From the NCBI GenBank assembly GCA_043228905.1, contig JBHGNT010000007.1, forward strand, positions 4,898,001 to 4,962,000: a DNA stretch of 64,000 bases. Direction: 5' to 3'. A program made the translations under genes and the position numbers. This document shows positions 39,814 to 53,016 of the stretch, in pieces. Positions within the stretch are counted from its first letter, which is position 1. Every line of letters starts with the position of its first letter. Origin of the DNA: Azolla caroliniana. Taxonomy: Eukaryota; Plantae; Polypodiophyta. Under the pieces are notes generated by a model that was not told the DNA's origin, made no database searches, and saw only the letters and a list, made by a program, of their open reading frames with translations.

Positions 39814-42800
39814 GCTGTACACACACACACTCACACTCAATTAGCTTCCACTGCATTACACCACCAACTCCATCTCTTCACATGGTATCAGAGCGTGTGG
39901 TTGCTTAATCGAATCTATTCGATTGTGTTGTGGTACACACCGATGATCAACAGAACCGACTTATTAACAGAGAAGAAATCACCATGAATACTTCGATGGG
40001 AAGTGCTCTTCCTACGGAGAAGCTCGATAGGACAAATTTCACATCTTGGGAGTACAAGATGCATCAGTACCTTGTCGGACAAGGATATTGGAGCTATATT
40101 GAAGTGTTGAGATACAAGCTCAACATTGGCCGGATCGGCTGTGCAAGCCGAGAACCGGATCGGTTGGGATCGATTGGTTAGGCCGGACCGATGCGTAAAC
40201 CAGTGCGCAAACCGGTGCACAACGAGAAGCTGTAGCGGTGCGTAAACCGCGAGGCCGTTGGAAAGATATTCCGTGTAGGAATATATCTTTAGGAGTTAGT
40301 GTAGAGCTCAGTTATGAGCATTGAAGTACGTGTCAGTACTTTTGTCAGTCCGTATGGACTTGTATAAAAGTGCTCACTGAGCAAATCCTATGTACAGTCT
40401 GAGTATTATTTTTTGAATAGAGTTGTGTGTATTGACTCTCTCTGTCTCTCCCGCGTACTGTGTGTGTGTCCAAGCTCTCCATTAAACATGTGTTTTTTCC
40501 TACGATCTGCTTTTTGTTGCTTCCGCACATTGTTCTTTTCACATGGTATTAGAGTACGAGGGTTGAGAACCTTTGTAGACAATCTTGGCTCGAGAAGAAA
40601 ACCTAACCTTCGTAAAGAACAAGAAAAACAAAATGGATAGAGGCATGGCTAGCTCGCTTCCTACCGAGAAGCTTGACAGAAACAACTATGCGTCTTGGTC
40701 GTACAAGATGCACCAATACTTGCTTGGGCATGGATATTAGAGCTATGTTGACGGAGCAAATGACATAGCACCCGATTCGACACACAAAGTCTTCCCGGCT
40801 TGGGAACAGTCGGCGAGCAGAGTTCTCTACTGCTTTGCGTGTTGTGTGGGTGAACAACTTCTAAGCTATATTCAGGATGCGAAAACGCCAAAGGATGCTT
40901 GGGGAAATCTAAAAAAGATTTTCGCCGCAAGCACCATAGCAAGAAAGCTTCAACTCCGACAAGAGTTGAGCAACTTGCGACAACGCGATTTGTCGGTGGT
41001 TGATTATACCTCGAAGATCAAAGATATATGTGACTCCTTAGCCTCCATCGATGTGAACGTTGAGGAAGGCGAAATGGTACGAGGTGTGGTACGTTCCAGC
41101 ACTTGCTCTCCTTGTGGCCTTTCTTGCCACAGTACCAGCATTCTGCGACGGATTTCCTTTGCCGGTTCTCGTCACCTCGACTCCCCCTGTTTCCGGAGGG
41201 TCCAGAATTGCTGTCTGACAGGAACTTCACATTCCCGATGAACAACACTCGGCCACAACCGAGTTTAGAATCATACACAGAAAACGGGAAATGAAACGCA
41301 CGACACAAAGGAGAGAAGAGTACACAGGATGTTTAACGTGGAAAATCCTGAGAGGGGGAAAAAACCACGGGAGTCCATAGACCCCAAACTATCACTATAT
41401 CACAATGGTTACAACAGTGAGCTCACGGAGGCAACGACCTCGCGCTCATGATTTTCGCCACAGGTGGCGGTTACAACAGAGGCAACGACCTCTTCCTCTC
41501 TCTCCCTCTCTATACACTGTTACACGCTCTCTAGTCTTGCATCAACAAGAATGACAACACGCTATAGTAAAGTTTTCCCTAAGTCATATTTATACTAATA
41601 TGAATTTTCGGCTATTTACAAATATAGCCCCGATGGCCTCTCAGGAAACATATTTACGAATATGTTCCTTCATCCGGTGAGCACTTCTCACCGGGCCTTC
41701 ACCATCCGGCTCTTGCCGGGTACTCCTCATCCGGTTCTCACCGGGTCTTCCGTAGCTGGGTACTCCTCGTCTGGTTCTCACCGGGTCTTCCGTAGCTGGG
41801 TACTCCACATCCGGTTTCGGCCTCGGCCGAGTTTCTCATCAGCACTGTTCTTCTCACTTCCCATCCGGAGGGACTTGTTTCCTAGAAAACTCTCCCTTCA
41901 CTCCGGCATGGGATGTCTTACCAGTTCGATCCGCTTCCGACATGCATCCAGCTTGTCGGGTACCAGTACTTTGGTCAGCATGTCTGACCCGTTCTCGGCC
42001 GTGTGGATCTTTGTCAGCGCGAACTCCTGGTCATCTACTCTTTCTCGAATCCAGTGATACCTACGTTGGATGTGCTTCGTCTTGGAATGGTACGCTGCGT
42101 TCTTAGCAAGGTGGATGGCACTTTGACTGTCGCAATAGAGCCGATATTCATCTTGTCGGATACCGAGCTCTCCGATGAAGTCCTTCATCCATAATATTTC
42201 CTTGCCGGCTTCCACAGCCGCCATGTACTCCGCCTCCGTGGTTGACAACGCAACCGTCTTCTACAGCCTCGACTGCCACGAAACAGCTCCCCCTGCATAT
42301 GTCATAACATACCCGGATGTAAACCGGCTGGTATCCGCATCAGCCGACATGTCCGAATCGGTAAAACCGTCAAGTTGAGGTTTTCCGGAGCCGAATCGGA
42401 GACACATATTTGAAGTGCCCTTCAAGTACCGGAGTATCCATTTGACCGCGTTCCAGTGCTCCTTGCCGGGATTGCTCATGAACCGACTCACCACTCCGAC
42501 TGCGTATCCTATATCCGGTCGGGTACACACCATTGCGTACATTAAGCTCCCGACGGCAGAGGCATATGGAACCTTCATCATATTAGCCTTCTTTGCTTTC
42601 ATCTTCGGGCTTTGCTTACCGGATAATCTGCAGTTTGCCGGGAGTGTCGATCCGACCGGTTTCGCTTCCAACATGTTGAACCGCTAAAGCACCTTTGTCA
42701 CGTACTTCTCCTGTGACAGCCACAATTGCTTCATTGGCCGGTTCCGGATGATATGCATCCCCATCATCTGTGTTGCCGGACCCAAGTCTTTCATTGAGAA

Positions 42801-45800
42801 GGTCCGGTTGAGGGCCTTCTTCAGCATCCGTATTTTGGCTTGGTCCCGTCCGACGATCAACATGTCGTCCACGTACAGGAGGAGTATCAGGAAGTCACCT
42901 CCTTCGAACTTCTTCACAAACACACAGTGATCGGCCTGCGTCTTGTGGTACCCTTGATCGGTCATGAAGGAGTCGAACTTCCGCTACCATTGTCGGGGAG
43001 CCTGCTTTAGTCCGTACAGGCTCTTCTTCAACCGGCAAACAAGGCGCTCCTTCCCTTTCTCCACGAATCCTTCCGGTTGTTGCATGTAGATCTCCTCTTC
43101 GAGGTCATCGTGAAGGAATGCCGTCTTCACGTCCAATTGCTCTACCTCGAGGTCCATGCTTGCCGCTATACTCAACACTGTCCGGATGGAGGTCATCTTT
43201 ACTACTAGGGCAAATATCTCATCGAAGTCCATGCCCTTCTTCTGCTAGAACCCCTTCACCACAATCCTAGCTTTGTATCTCGGGGGGTTGACGGCATCTC
43301 CCGGTTTCAACTTGTACACCCACTTATTTCGGAGTGCCCGCTTTCCTTTCGGCAACTCCACCAATTCGTACGTATGGTTCTCATGCAGGGAATCCATCTC
43401 ATCCTTCATGGCACTTAACCATTTGCGGCTGTGGGTGTCACTTTTAGCTTCCTCGAAGCTTTCTGTCTCCCCCTCATCGGTTAGCAGCACATGCTCTGCA
43501 TCTGGAAATCTCCGGGGGGCCCTTCTCTCTCTCAGAGGATATCTCCGTCTTTGGGCTTTGGTAACCGGCTCCTCTATTTGCTCTTCATCCGAATCCGATT
43601 CGGGGTCTTGGCCGGTTCCAGTTTCAGCTTCCTCTACTTCTTCTTCTGCCGGTTCGGTATCCTCACCGTAACCAGCTGGTTCCTCGAGTGCTAACCGGCC
43701 TCTTGCCGGTTGGGTCTGCTCATCGTAGAATCGATCCTTACCGGTCGACTCAGAGTTCATTATCTTCTTCTCCGACTCCCAGTTGGCGAGCGTCTTGTCC
43801 TCCATGAAGATAATATCTCGACTCCGGAATACCTTCTTGTCGACCGGGTCCCACACTTGGTAGCCGAACTCATCATCGCCGTAACCGAGGAATATGCATG
43901 GCCGGGTCTTCGGATTTAGCTTTCCTCTCTGGTCCTTAGCGACATGCACGTACACGAGACACCCGAACACCTTCAGATGCCGGTAGGACACTTCCTTAGC
44001 GGTCCATACTCTCTGTGGCGTGTCTCCGTCCAAGGGTACTGAGGGTGATCTGTTTATCACATATGTCGCCGTCGACAGTGCCTCAGCCCAAAACGTCTTG
44101 GGTAGTTTTGCATGCGCCAACATACTCCAGACCCTCTCCATTATAGTCCGGTTCATCCTCTCGGCTAGCCCGTTTAGTTCCGGCGTCTTCGGCATGGTAA
44201 ATTCGAGCCGGATTCCCTTCGAGCGACAGTACTCGAACTGCCCCTGATATTCATCGTCCGTTATCTGCTCGAACCGCCTTCAGCTTCCGGCCGGTTTCTC
44301 TTTCCACTCTCGCGTGGAGCTCTTTGAAGACGGATAGCACCTGATCCGTCGTCTTCAACGGTGTGGCCCACAGCTTTCGGCTGTGGTCATTATGAATGTC
44401 ACGAAGTACTGCGATCCTGCATGTGACTTCGTGTCCACTTGACACACATCAGTATGCACCAACTCCAGTGGTGCATTACGGCTCATCGGTGGCCTTGGTC
44501 AGAAGGAGGTTCGGTTTTGCTTACCGGCTAGACAATCAGTGCATTTCTCCAAGTGCACGTTCTTCACTGGAATGAGGTTGTCATCTGCAAGCCTCTTCAT
44601 CCCCTTCTCGCTCATGTGACACAACCTCTTGTGCCACAGCTCACCGGCAGTGTCGGATGCAACATTCACTTCCTCCGGGCATAACCGGGCATTCATCAGG
44701 TACAACGTGTTGACCTTCCGGGCCCGAGCCACAATCAGACTCCCTTTGCTGAACTTCATAAAACCGTTCCGGATGCTACCCGTGTAGCCTTCATCATCTA
44801 CCCGACCGGCTGATATTAGGTTCAGACGAACCTCCGGAACGTGTCAGACATCCTTCAGCAGCAACTTGCATCCGGTTGGTGTTGTCAACCACACGTCTCC
44901 TATGCCGACAATTCGGAATGTACCTTCATTCCCCATCCAGACACAACCGTGATCACTGCCTGAGTAGGATGAGAAGCATTTCCGGTCCGGGGTAAGGTGG
45001 AACGACGCTCCGGAGTCGACCACCCAGGTCATCTCGTCGCCGGCAAGGTTTAGCTCACTCTCCTCGGTGATGAGCATCAACTCTTCTTCACTTGCCACGA
45101 TTGCCGCCGTTCCCTTCCGGTGTCGTGAAGATTTTCGTCCACAAGCGGAAACCCGAGCAACGAGAGCCAAAGAGCGATGTGCAACGTTGCACATGTACAT
45201 AATGTATTTGTAATAGTAATAAGGGTAAAGTGCATGGTGCTAGGAATGCCCCCATAAGATCCCTAAGGTATAAAGGTGATGTGGTCTTGTGCGCACATCC
45301 ACGCGAGAGAGAGAGAGGTACTATGCGGTACATAGGTACCTAGTTGTTTGTGAGGAGGTGGGAGTTAAGGGGCCATCAATCTCACCCTCCCCCAAATCAA
45401 GGCAAATATCCCCTTTGAATGAAAGGGGATATTTTAGTCTCATTTTTGTAAACGGTCTTCCCTCATTGTGCTATAAAAGGAGAGAGAAGGCACCATTGTG
45501 GGGTTGCCTATTTTGAGTGTGCGAGGTATACCACGTAGGTCAGAGTGTTAGGGTTAGGGTTAGGGTTTCTTTATCTTTACCTTCATCTTTGTCGGTTAGG
45601 GTTTCGAGTAGTCGTGTGGTGCGGCCTATGCGGCCACCATTTTGTAATCGTTCATTTCGTTTTAATATATCTTGTTGATCATCTTGTCTCCATCTTCCTC
45701 TTGTTCCGATCTAATCTCTTGTTCATTCTTCTTCTTCTTGAGCAAAGCTTCCATTCCATGTCTGATTCCTTCTCCTCTACTCCTTAGTCCAAGACCCCCG

Positions 45801-45858
45801 TGGTCCCGCCCTTCTCCACGCACGCGCGTAACAACGCGACATATTTGGTGAACCCGAC

Positions 45859-46335
45859 GTGAAGAGGCGGCAAGGGAGGAAGGAGATGGAAGCCGGAGAC
45901 ATCGCGGAAGTAATTACGAGAATGGCAAGGGATTTCGCAAGAAGGAGAGAAAGACGGGAAGAGGCGTACAAGTACGATCGACGCGAGTTCGAACTATGGG
46001 TGTCGTCGGCAAAGGCTCCTCGAAGCGCAATGAAGGCATTCCAGGAGTTCGATCTCCAGTTTTCCCAACTTTCGGTCCGGGATCAAGAATCGGTGGGGGC
46101 GGACAAGGTCCCACTATTCTTGAAGTCGGTCAACGAAAGGGGGAGAATGGCCATTTTTCCCTACCTCGAAGACGAAGAAGGGGCGTACAGCCTCACTGAA
46201 GATTGGAATGAGGTGGAATGGGCGTGCATACAATGCGATGAGAGGCGGTCGGCCACAACGCGGCCCGTGAGCGACGACCGACTACGCACTACCGCCGGAA
46301 GAGAGCTCAACGCAAATCGGTTCGGAGGAGATTGA
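45859..46335 (+). CDS. Short gag-like ORF of element D
   Basis: First ORF after the PBS; helical content (KAFQEFDLQFSQL..DKVPLFLKSV..LEDEEGAYSLTEDWNEV). Gag identity inferred from position. Confidence 0.45.
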   Translation: MKRRQGRKEMEAGDIAEVITRMARDFARRRERREEAYKYDRREFELWVSSAKAPRSAMKAFQEFDLQFSQLSVRDQESVGADKVPLFLKSVNERGRMAIFPYLEDEEGAYSLTEDWNEVEWACIQCDERRSATTRPVSDDRLRTTAGRELNANRFGGD

Positions 46336-46619
46336 CATCGAAGCCTTGGTGCGGGAAGCGTACGAGATCGTAGAGGCACAAGTCGAAGCCGAAGAAGGGC
46401 TTATTGCGGAGTTGGGCCCGAGCGGATCGGAGGATGAGGAGGCCGAAAGAGGATGGTACATCGGTACCATGGGAGAGGATGCGGAGCGAGCCACCCTCTC
46501 GACATACGGAGAAAGATTGACCGAGGATGAGGTCGGGGACGGTGAGGCGGCGATCGCCAATTCGAGCGGACATGAGGGAGTTCGGGCATGGAGGCCCGAA
46601 ACATCAAGCGGGGAGAAGA

Positions 46620-47520
46620 CGGGCGGTGGTGCCGGGACCTTACGCACACCGGGCCTAGAGACTCTGGCAACCGGCCTGAGAGCCAATGTGAGACCTAGAG
46701 TGACGGGCGGCGGCGGCGGCAAGGCGGGCGACCACGATGGTGACATGGGAGAGGGTGTGGAAAGAGCGACCCTCTCGTCTTGCGGTGAATGGACGGCCAT
46801 GGAGGCCGGTAACTACGGATTCGGAACATGGTGACCCGAAACATCGAGTGAGGAGGAGACAAGCGGCGGTGCCGCGACCTTACACACACCGGCCCTAGAG
46901 GCACCGACAGTCGGCCCGATTGCCGGCGTGAGACCTAGAGCGACGGGCGGTGGCGGCGGCAAGGCGCGCAACCGAGACAACGGTAAGGAGACTGTGGAAG
47001 AGGAGGCGGCAAGCATAATTGATGTTTGCATATACGGAGGCGGGGTAGCCACGGACAACGATGTCCGAATGGAGGTGGCTATAGAAATAGCATCGACGAG
47101 CGGCGGCGTTGCTACCTTACACGCACCGGTTCAAGAGACCCCGGCGGCCGGCCCGAGTGAGACCTAGGGTAACGAACGGTGGCGGCCGCAAGGCGGGCGA
47201 CCACGGCGACGATGTGGGAGAGGGTGCGGAGCGAGCGACCCTCTCGACTTGCGGAAAGAGGACGACCATGGATGAGGCCGGTATCTACGGAGCAATGGAT
47301 GCCACTTCGAGAGTGGGCGTAAGTTTCGGGACGCGGTTGCCCGTTCTACGAGGATTTCGCGAGCATACTCGAGGCTTGCGAAATCAAGGAAGAAGAGGAG
47401 ATGAGCGGCGGTGCCGCGACCTTCTACACACCGGTCCTAGAGACTCTGGCAACCGGCCCGAGAGCCGGTGTGAGACCTAGAGAGACGGACGGCGGCGGCG
47501 GCAAGGCAGGCAACCGAAAT
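46620..47520 (+). repeat. GC-rich diverged tandem repeats (~240-300 bp units, 4 copies) inside D
   Basis: GCGG.G.CG.GACCTT..ACACCGG..CTAGAG...TGAGACCTAG.G..ACG..CGG.GGC.GC.GCAAGGC recurs at ~46620, 46865, 47100, 47405. Confidence 0.75.
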
Positions 47521-47825
47521 GACGAAGAGGAGGTTTGTAGTGCACGGAGGCGAGATCCCTCGACACCGGGGCCGGAGACTTTGGCGGTTGCGCCTGAGCG
47601 CGGACATAAGACCGGAGAGATGGGCGGTGGCCGTGAGGATGAGAGGCCCGGAGTGGGCACGTGCGAAAAGGCCGAAGGAGAGGTCCGGAGCGGCATCAAG
47701 GAGCGAGTCGGGAACCTACCCGACCGAAAGATGAGCCGGTCGGTAATCCGACCCAACCGGGAGGCGGAGCGGAAGAAGAGTGAAGTGGGGTCCGGTCAAC
47801 CGGGCCCAAACCGAAGAAGAACCGG

Positions 47826-48593
47826 TGTCGCGTTGTTACGCGCGTGCGTGGAGAAAGGTAGGACCACGGGGGTCTTGGACGAGAGAGTGATGGAGCGTAG
47901 GGAGTCGTGCTTCACTGTTTCTGGGGCATCCCAGAAACACACCGGAAGCAACCGAAGGGAGAGAGAGAGAGAGAGAGAGAGAGTGCTTAACACCGACTCA
48001 CGCACACACACACACACACACACGCACACGCAGCTCAACCCGACTCACGCCTTATGTACAGAAAACGCAGGAGAGGGTAAGCACCCGACGCCAACAACGA
48101 CGCAAATATACACAGACAAACATAAACGTATATGTATGTATATATATATGAAGAATACATTCCCGGCTTCGAGCCGGACTGAGGTAGGTTACAGTAGTCG
48201 TCTGCTGCCAAGCCGCCGTCGGGGAGCTCTCAGCTCGTTGCGCCGAGCGGGGTCTTGCACAAGAGGCCTAACCAAAGCAAACCCTAAGCAAAACACAAAG
48301 GAGAGAGAAGAAGAACCTAACTCTAAACCTAACGGTATACCCTCTAATGCAAAATGGGCAACCCCTTTCCAAAGGGTGATCCCTTCCTTTTATAGTACAA
48401 GGAGAGGGATGCGTTACAATGTGGGACAAATCCCGCCTTACATGGGATCGTCTGCCCCGACTTGACTCTCTTCGGCGCCATAAAGGCGCCCTCGATATTC
48501 ACACTAAATGTACATGGGTGCGTACACACGTTGCACCCCGCCGATGTAGCCAACGTTCCCGGTTTCCGCCTTTGGCCGAAATTCTTCACGACA
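47826..48593 (-). mobile_element. Element E: solo LTR related to D LTRs, antisense inside D; 4-bp TSD CCGG
   Basis: Minus strand starts TGTCGTGAAGAATTTCGG and ends CACGCGCGTAACAACGCGACA, the same termini as the D LTRs with a different interior. CCGG at 47822-47825 and 48594-48597. Confidence 0.85.
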
Positions 48594-51500
48594 CCGGCAA
48601 GGCCGGATTTGCTCGGACAAACATGTACCGGCCGGTTACGATTAGGAAAGGGAGCCGACCAAACCGGAACTCGATCGACCGAGACCGATCCGGGCGAAGG
48701 CTATGTCGGCATGATTGGAGGCCGAGGCGTACAAGCCACAACATGCGGTGGGAGCCGGTGAGCGCGAGAAGGAGGCTAACCGGGCACGGTGATTACGGCT
48801 TGGCGGAAAACCGAGAGCAAGGGAAACCCTCCACACCTATTCCTGAGACTTCGGCGGTTGCTTATCAACATAAGACCAAAGAGACGGCGGGTGGCGGCGA
48901 GGACTTGGAGACCGGAACAGACGAGGCTACCGGAACGGGTACCCGGTGCGTGAAGACGGTCGAGCACGACCCAGATGGCGAGCCGGAGTCGGAAGGGGCT
49001 ACGGCAACAAAGGACGAAGAGACCGACGCGGAGGTCGGGACTACGGGGGATGAAGGGCGTAACACGAAGCATGCATTATGGTCGGTGAAGGGCCCAAGAA
49101 CGAGCATGCATCCGAGAGAGCGTCAACGAGTGACCGGAAACGGTGGACCGATTGAGCCTTTGAGAGGCGAGGACTCGGTGGTGGACCGAGAGTGGGAGGA
49201 ACCCTCCACACCTACCCGTGAGGCATTGGTGGTCGCGGATCGAAAGAAGAACGAAGAAACGGTGGGTGGTGGTGAGGAGTTGGAGACCGACGCGGAGGTC
49301 GGGTCTACGGCAGAAGCATGACACGAGACGCATGCAATACGGTCGGTGGAGGGCCAAGACACAAGCATGCATACGGCGGATGGGCGACAACGATTGACCG
49401 ATGATGACGGTCGGGTCAAGCCTTCGAGAGGCAAGCGCGGGACGAAGGACGGCGCGGCGAAACACCAAGATCGACGACATGGGCTGAGAGCGATCGACAT
49501 AAGCGGAGAGTCGTATCTAGGAAAACGGAGGAGATTCGCGGAGAACAACGGGGTACACACCGGGAAGAGAAAGCGCGGCGGCTTCCCGGAGGGCATACAA
49601 GGCCAAGCGGGCCAAGAGGGCGCAAGTCGAGGCGAGGCGATAACGAGAGCCTCGAGGGACACCGACACGGAGGTCGGGATGATGATACGCTCTACTACGA
49701 GAGAGCACGACGAAAAAGGGGAAAGAGAAAAGCGCGTGATGGGGTCATCGAAGGACCGAAGCACGAGCACGCATTCAGAGGGCAGCATCGACATATGGGG
49801 AAAGCCTACGGAAGGCAAGCGCGGAGCGGAGAGAGTTGGCACGCCGAGGTGTGCGGCACGCAAAGGGCGGAATCCGGCATGCGACTGGGAGCGCATTTGG
49901 AGGATATACGAGGCGGACAAAGGAAGAGCAACCGGGTCGGCAACGGCGTTGGGGAGGACCGAACGGGGAGGAAAGCATGGGCATCAGATACAGCGGGTCG
50001 GATGTAGTCGGTGGTTCAAGGACCCACGGTGGACGTGGCGGATCGGGTGGCGGCAACGACTCGGCGAACATCGTCGAGTGTGGCAGATCGGATGGCGCCG
50101 ACGGTTCGAGACCATTCGGCGAGGATGGTGGACCGGAAGGCGGCGGCGGTTTGTATGGACGGGGTGGTCTTGCTCGAATTGGAAGACAAAATCGGGCGGG
50201 CCCACGAGGACGCTAAGGACTCGATCGGTCGTCGTGGCCGAAAATCTCGTGTTCTCTCCCCTATGTTTTGGCACATACCGGTGGATGTGCGGTTAGATGG
50301 GGGCGGATGTCGTGAAGATTTTCGTCCACAAGTGGAAACCCGAGCAATGAGAGCCAAAGAGCGATGTGCAACGTTGCACACGTACATAATGTATTTGTAA
50401 TAGTAATAAGGGTAAAGTGCATGGTGCTAGGAATGCCCCCATAAGATCCCTAAGGTATAAAGGTGATGTGGTCTTGTGCGCACATCCACGTGAGAGAGAG
50501 AGAGAGGTACTATGCGGTACATAGGTACCTAGTTTTTTGTGAGGAGGTGGGAGTTAAGGGGCCATCAATCTCACCCTCCCCCAAATCAAGGCAAATATCC
50601 CCTTTGAATGAAAGGGGATATTTTAGTCTCACTTTTGTAAATGGTCTTCCCTCCTTGTGCTATAAAAGGAGAGAGAAGGCACCATTGTGGGGGTTGCCTA
50701 TTTTGAGTGTGCGAGGTATACCACGTAGGTCGAGCGTTAGGGTTAGGGTTAGGGTTTCTTTATCTTTACCTTCATCTTCGTCGGTTAGGGTTTCGAGTAG
50801 TCGTGTGGTGCGGCCTATGCGGCCACCATTTTGTAATCGTTCATTTCGTTTTAATATATCTTGTTGATCATCTTGTCTCCATCTTCCTCTTGTTCGATCT
50901 AATCTCTTGTTCATTCTTCTTCTTCTTAAGCAAAGCTTCCATTCAATGTTCGATTCCTTCTCCTCTACTCCTTAGTCCAAGACCCCCGTGGTCCCGCCCT
51001 TCTCCACGCACGCGCGTAACAACGCGACACCGGTCCGACCCCCTCCGGTCTTTATCGTACTGGTCTGGTGTCCGCTTTGAATCAGTATTGTCGGTCTCCT
51101 TGTCTTTTCGGAAATGCTGATAGTTCTTCTGAAAGTGTCTTGGCTTGACGCGCCTCCTCATCTAGCAAGCTCGACTTCACTCTTGCTAGGGATAACCGTT
51201 TCCCTTCCGGCCCGGCGTTGCCCAAAGTGACAACCAACGTCTCCCAGCTATCTGGGAGGGAACCGAGCAGGAGTAGCGCTAGTACCTCATCGGCAAGAGG
51301 TACTTCCAATGATGTTGCCTGGTGGATCAGCCCCTGGAAGGCATTCATGTGCTCTGCCATACTGGAGCCATCTTGGTACCAGAGTCTTACAAGCTTCCGG
51401 AATACTGAAACCTGATTAACAACATTTTTGTTCTGAAACATAATGCCAATCTTCTCCCAGAGCTCATGAGCCTTGCTCTCTTCATTGAAGTTGTTGTATA

Positions 51501-53016
51501 GGCTCATGTCGATGAAGCACCGTATGTACGCTGTTGTCTTCATGTGCATCACCTCCCATATCGTGGCATCGATTTTGTCCAGTCTCTTGTCCCCGAACTG
51601 AACCGACAACCAAAGATCTTTAACCACGAGCATGTACCTCATCTTCGACTTCCACACCGAATAGTTGGAACCGGTGAGCTTGAACATGCCTCCCAACGAA
51701 TCATCCATTTTCTGTGTCGTTTCGCTCTGATACCACTTTGACAGGAACTTCACGTTCCCGATGAACAACGCTCAGCCACAACCGAGTTTAGAATCATACA
51801 CAGAAAACGAGAAATGAAACGCACGACACAAAGGAGAGAAGAGTACACAAGATGTTTAATGTGGAAAACCTTGAGAGGGGGAAAAAACCACGGGGGTCCA
51901 TAGACCCCAAACTATCACTATATCACAATGGTTACAACAGTGAGCTCACGGAGGCAACGACCTCGCGCTCACGATCTTCGCCACAGGTGACGGTTACAAC
52001 AGAGGCAACGACCTCTTCCTCTCTCTCACTCTCTGTACACTGTTACGCGCTCTCTAGTCTTGCACCAACAAGAATGACAACACGCTATAGTAAAGTTTTC
52101 CCTAAGTCATATTTAAATACTAATATGACTTTTCGGCTATTTACAAATATAGCCCCGATGGCCTCTCAGGAAACATATTTATGAATATGTTCCTTCATCC
52201 GGTGAGCACTTCACAGAGGCAACGACCTCTTCCTCTCTCTCACTCTCTATACACTGTTACGCGCTCTCTAGTCTTGCACCAACAAGAATGACAACACGCT
52301 ATAGTAAAGTTTGCCCAAAGTCATATTTATACTAATATGACTTTTCGGCTATTTACAAATATAACCCCGATGGCCTCTCAGGAAACATATTTACGAATAT
52401 GTTCCTTCATCCGGTGAGCACTTCTCACCGGGCCTTCACCATCCGGCTCTTGCCGGGTACTCCTCATCCGTTTCTCACCGGGTCTTCCATAGCTAGGTAC
52501 TCCTCGTCCGGTTCTCACCGAGTCTTCCGTAGCTGGGTACTCCTCGTTCGGTTCTCACCGGGTCTTCCGTAGCTGGGTACTCCTCGTTCGGTTCTCACCG
52601 GGTCTTCCGTAGCTGGGTACTCCTCGTCTGGTTCTCACCGGGTCTTCCGTAGCTGGGTAATCCACATCCGGTTTAGGCCTCGACCGAGTTTCTCATCAGC
52701 ATTGTTCTTCTCACTTCCCATCCGGAGGGACCTGTTTCCTCGCACTGTCGGCATCACTACGATGGCTTCTTCCTTGATCCCGTCGGCCGCCTCCATTGCG
52801 CATTGACTTGCCTCGTCCGCCACGACCACGTGGCCTATCTCCCTCTGTGTACAACATCTTGCTATCGGTGTGCGTACTCGGCGACCCACCCATGTGGTTC
52901 TCCTCTATAAGGAGCATCGATTGTAGGTCAAAAAATGATAGCGTATTCTCCCGTGTGCACACAACAGTTCGGAATGCTCCGAACTTTGACGCCAGTCCCC
53001 TGATGCGTGGTACGAG

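Larger units (their letters stand above)
45121..51029 (+). mobile_element. Element D: non-autonomous LTR element (gag-like ORF, no pol; LARD/TR-GAG-like, probably Ty3/gypsy-derived); LTRs 45121-45841 and 50308-51029; PBS tRNA-Trp 45846-45863; PPT 50295-50307; 4-bp TSD CCGG
   Basis: LTRs TGTCG..CGACA (~720 bp). TGGTGAACCCGACGTGAA matches the plant tRNA-Trp 3' end (from recall). CCGG at 45117-45120 and 51030-51033; removing D plus one CCGG restores the C frame (..GSDRKGTAAIVASEE). Confidence 0.88.
41216..52744 (-). mobile_element. Element C: Tnt1-like Ty1/copia on minus strand; 5' LTR 52744-51739, PBS iMet 51735-51724, 3' LTR 41887-41216; TSD CTGTC
   Basis: CTGTC at 41211-41215 and 52745-52749; GCTCTGATACCA at 51724-51735. 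gag from 51708 (MDDSLGGMFKLTGSNYSVWK); pol 45120-41898 (WVVDSGASFH, LWHKRLCH, NGLAERMN, LLYVDDML, SDMLTK); PPT next to the pol stop. Confidence 0.92.

Noticed and set aside
45846-45863. tRNA-Trp gene
   Set aside because: Only the 18-nt complement of the tRNA 3' end including CCA, i.e. a primer-binding site.
46282-50400. Long overlapping ORFs (up to 354 aa) inside D
   Set aside because: A by-product of high GC and repeats; open on both strands, some cross solo LTR E boundaries, no domains.
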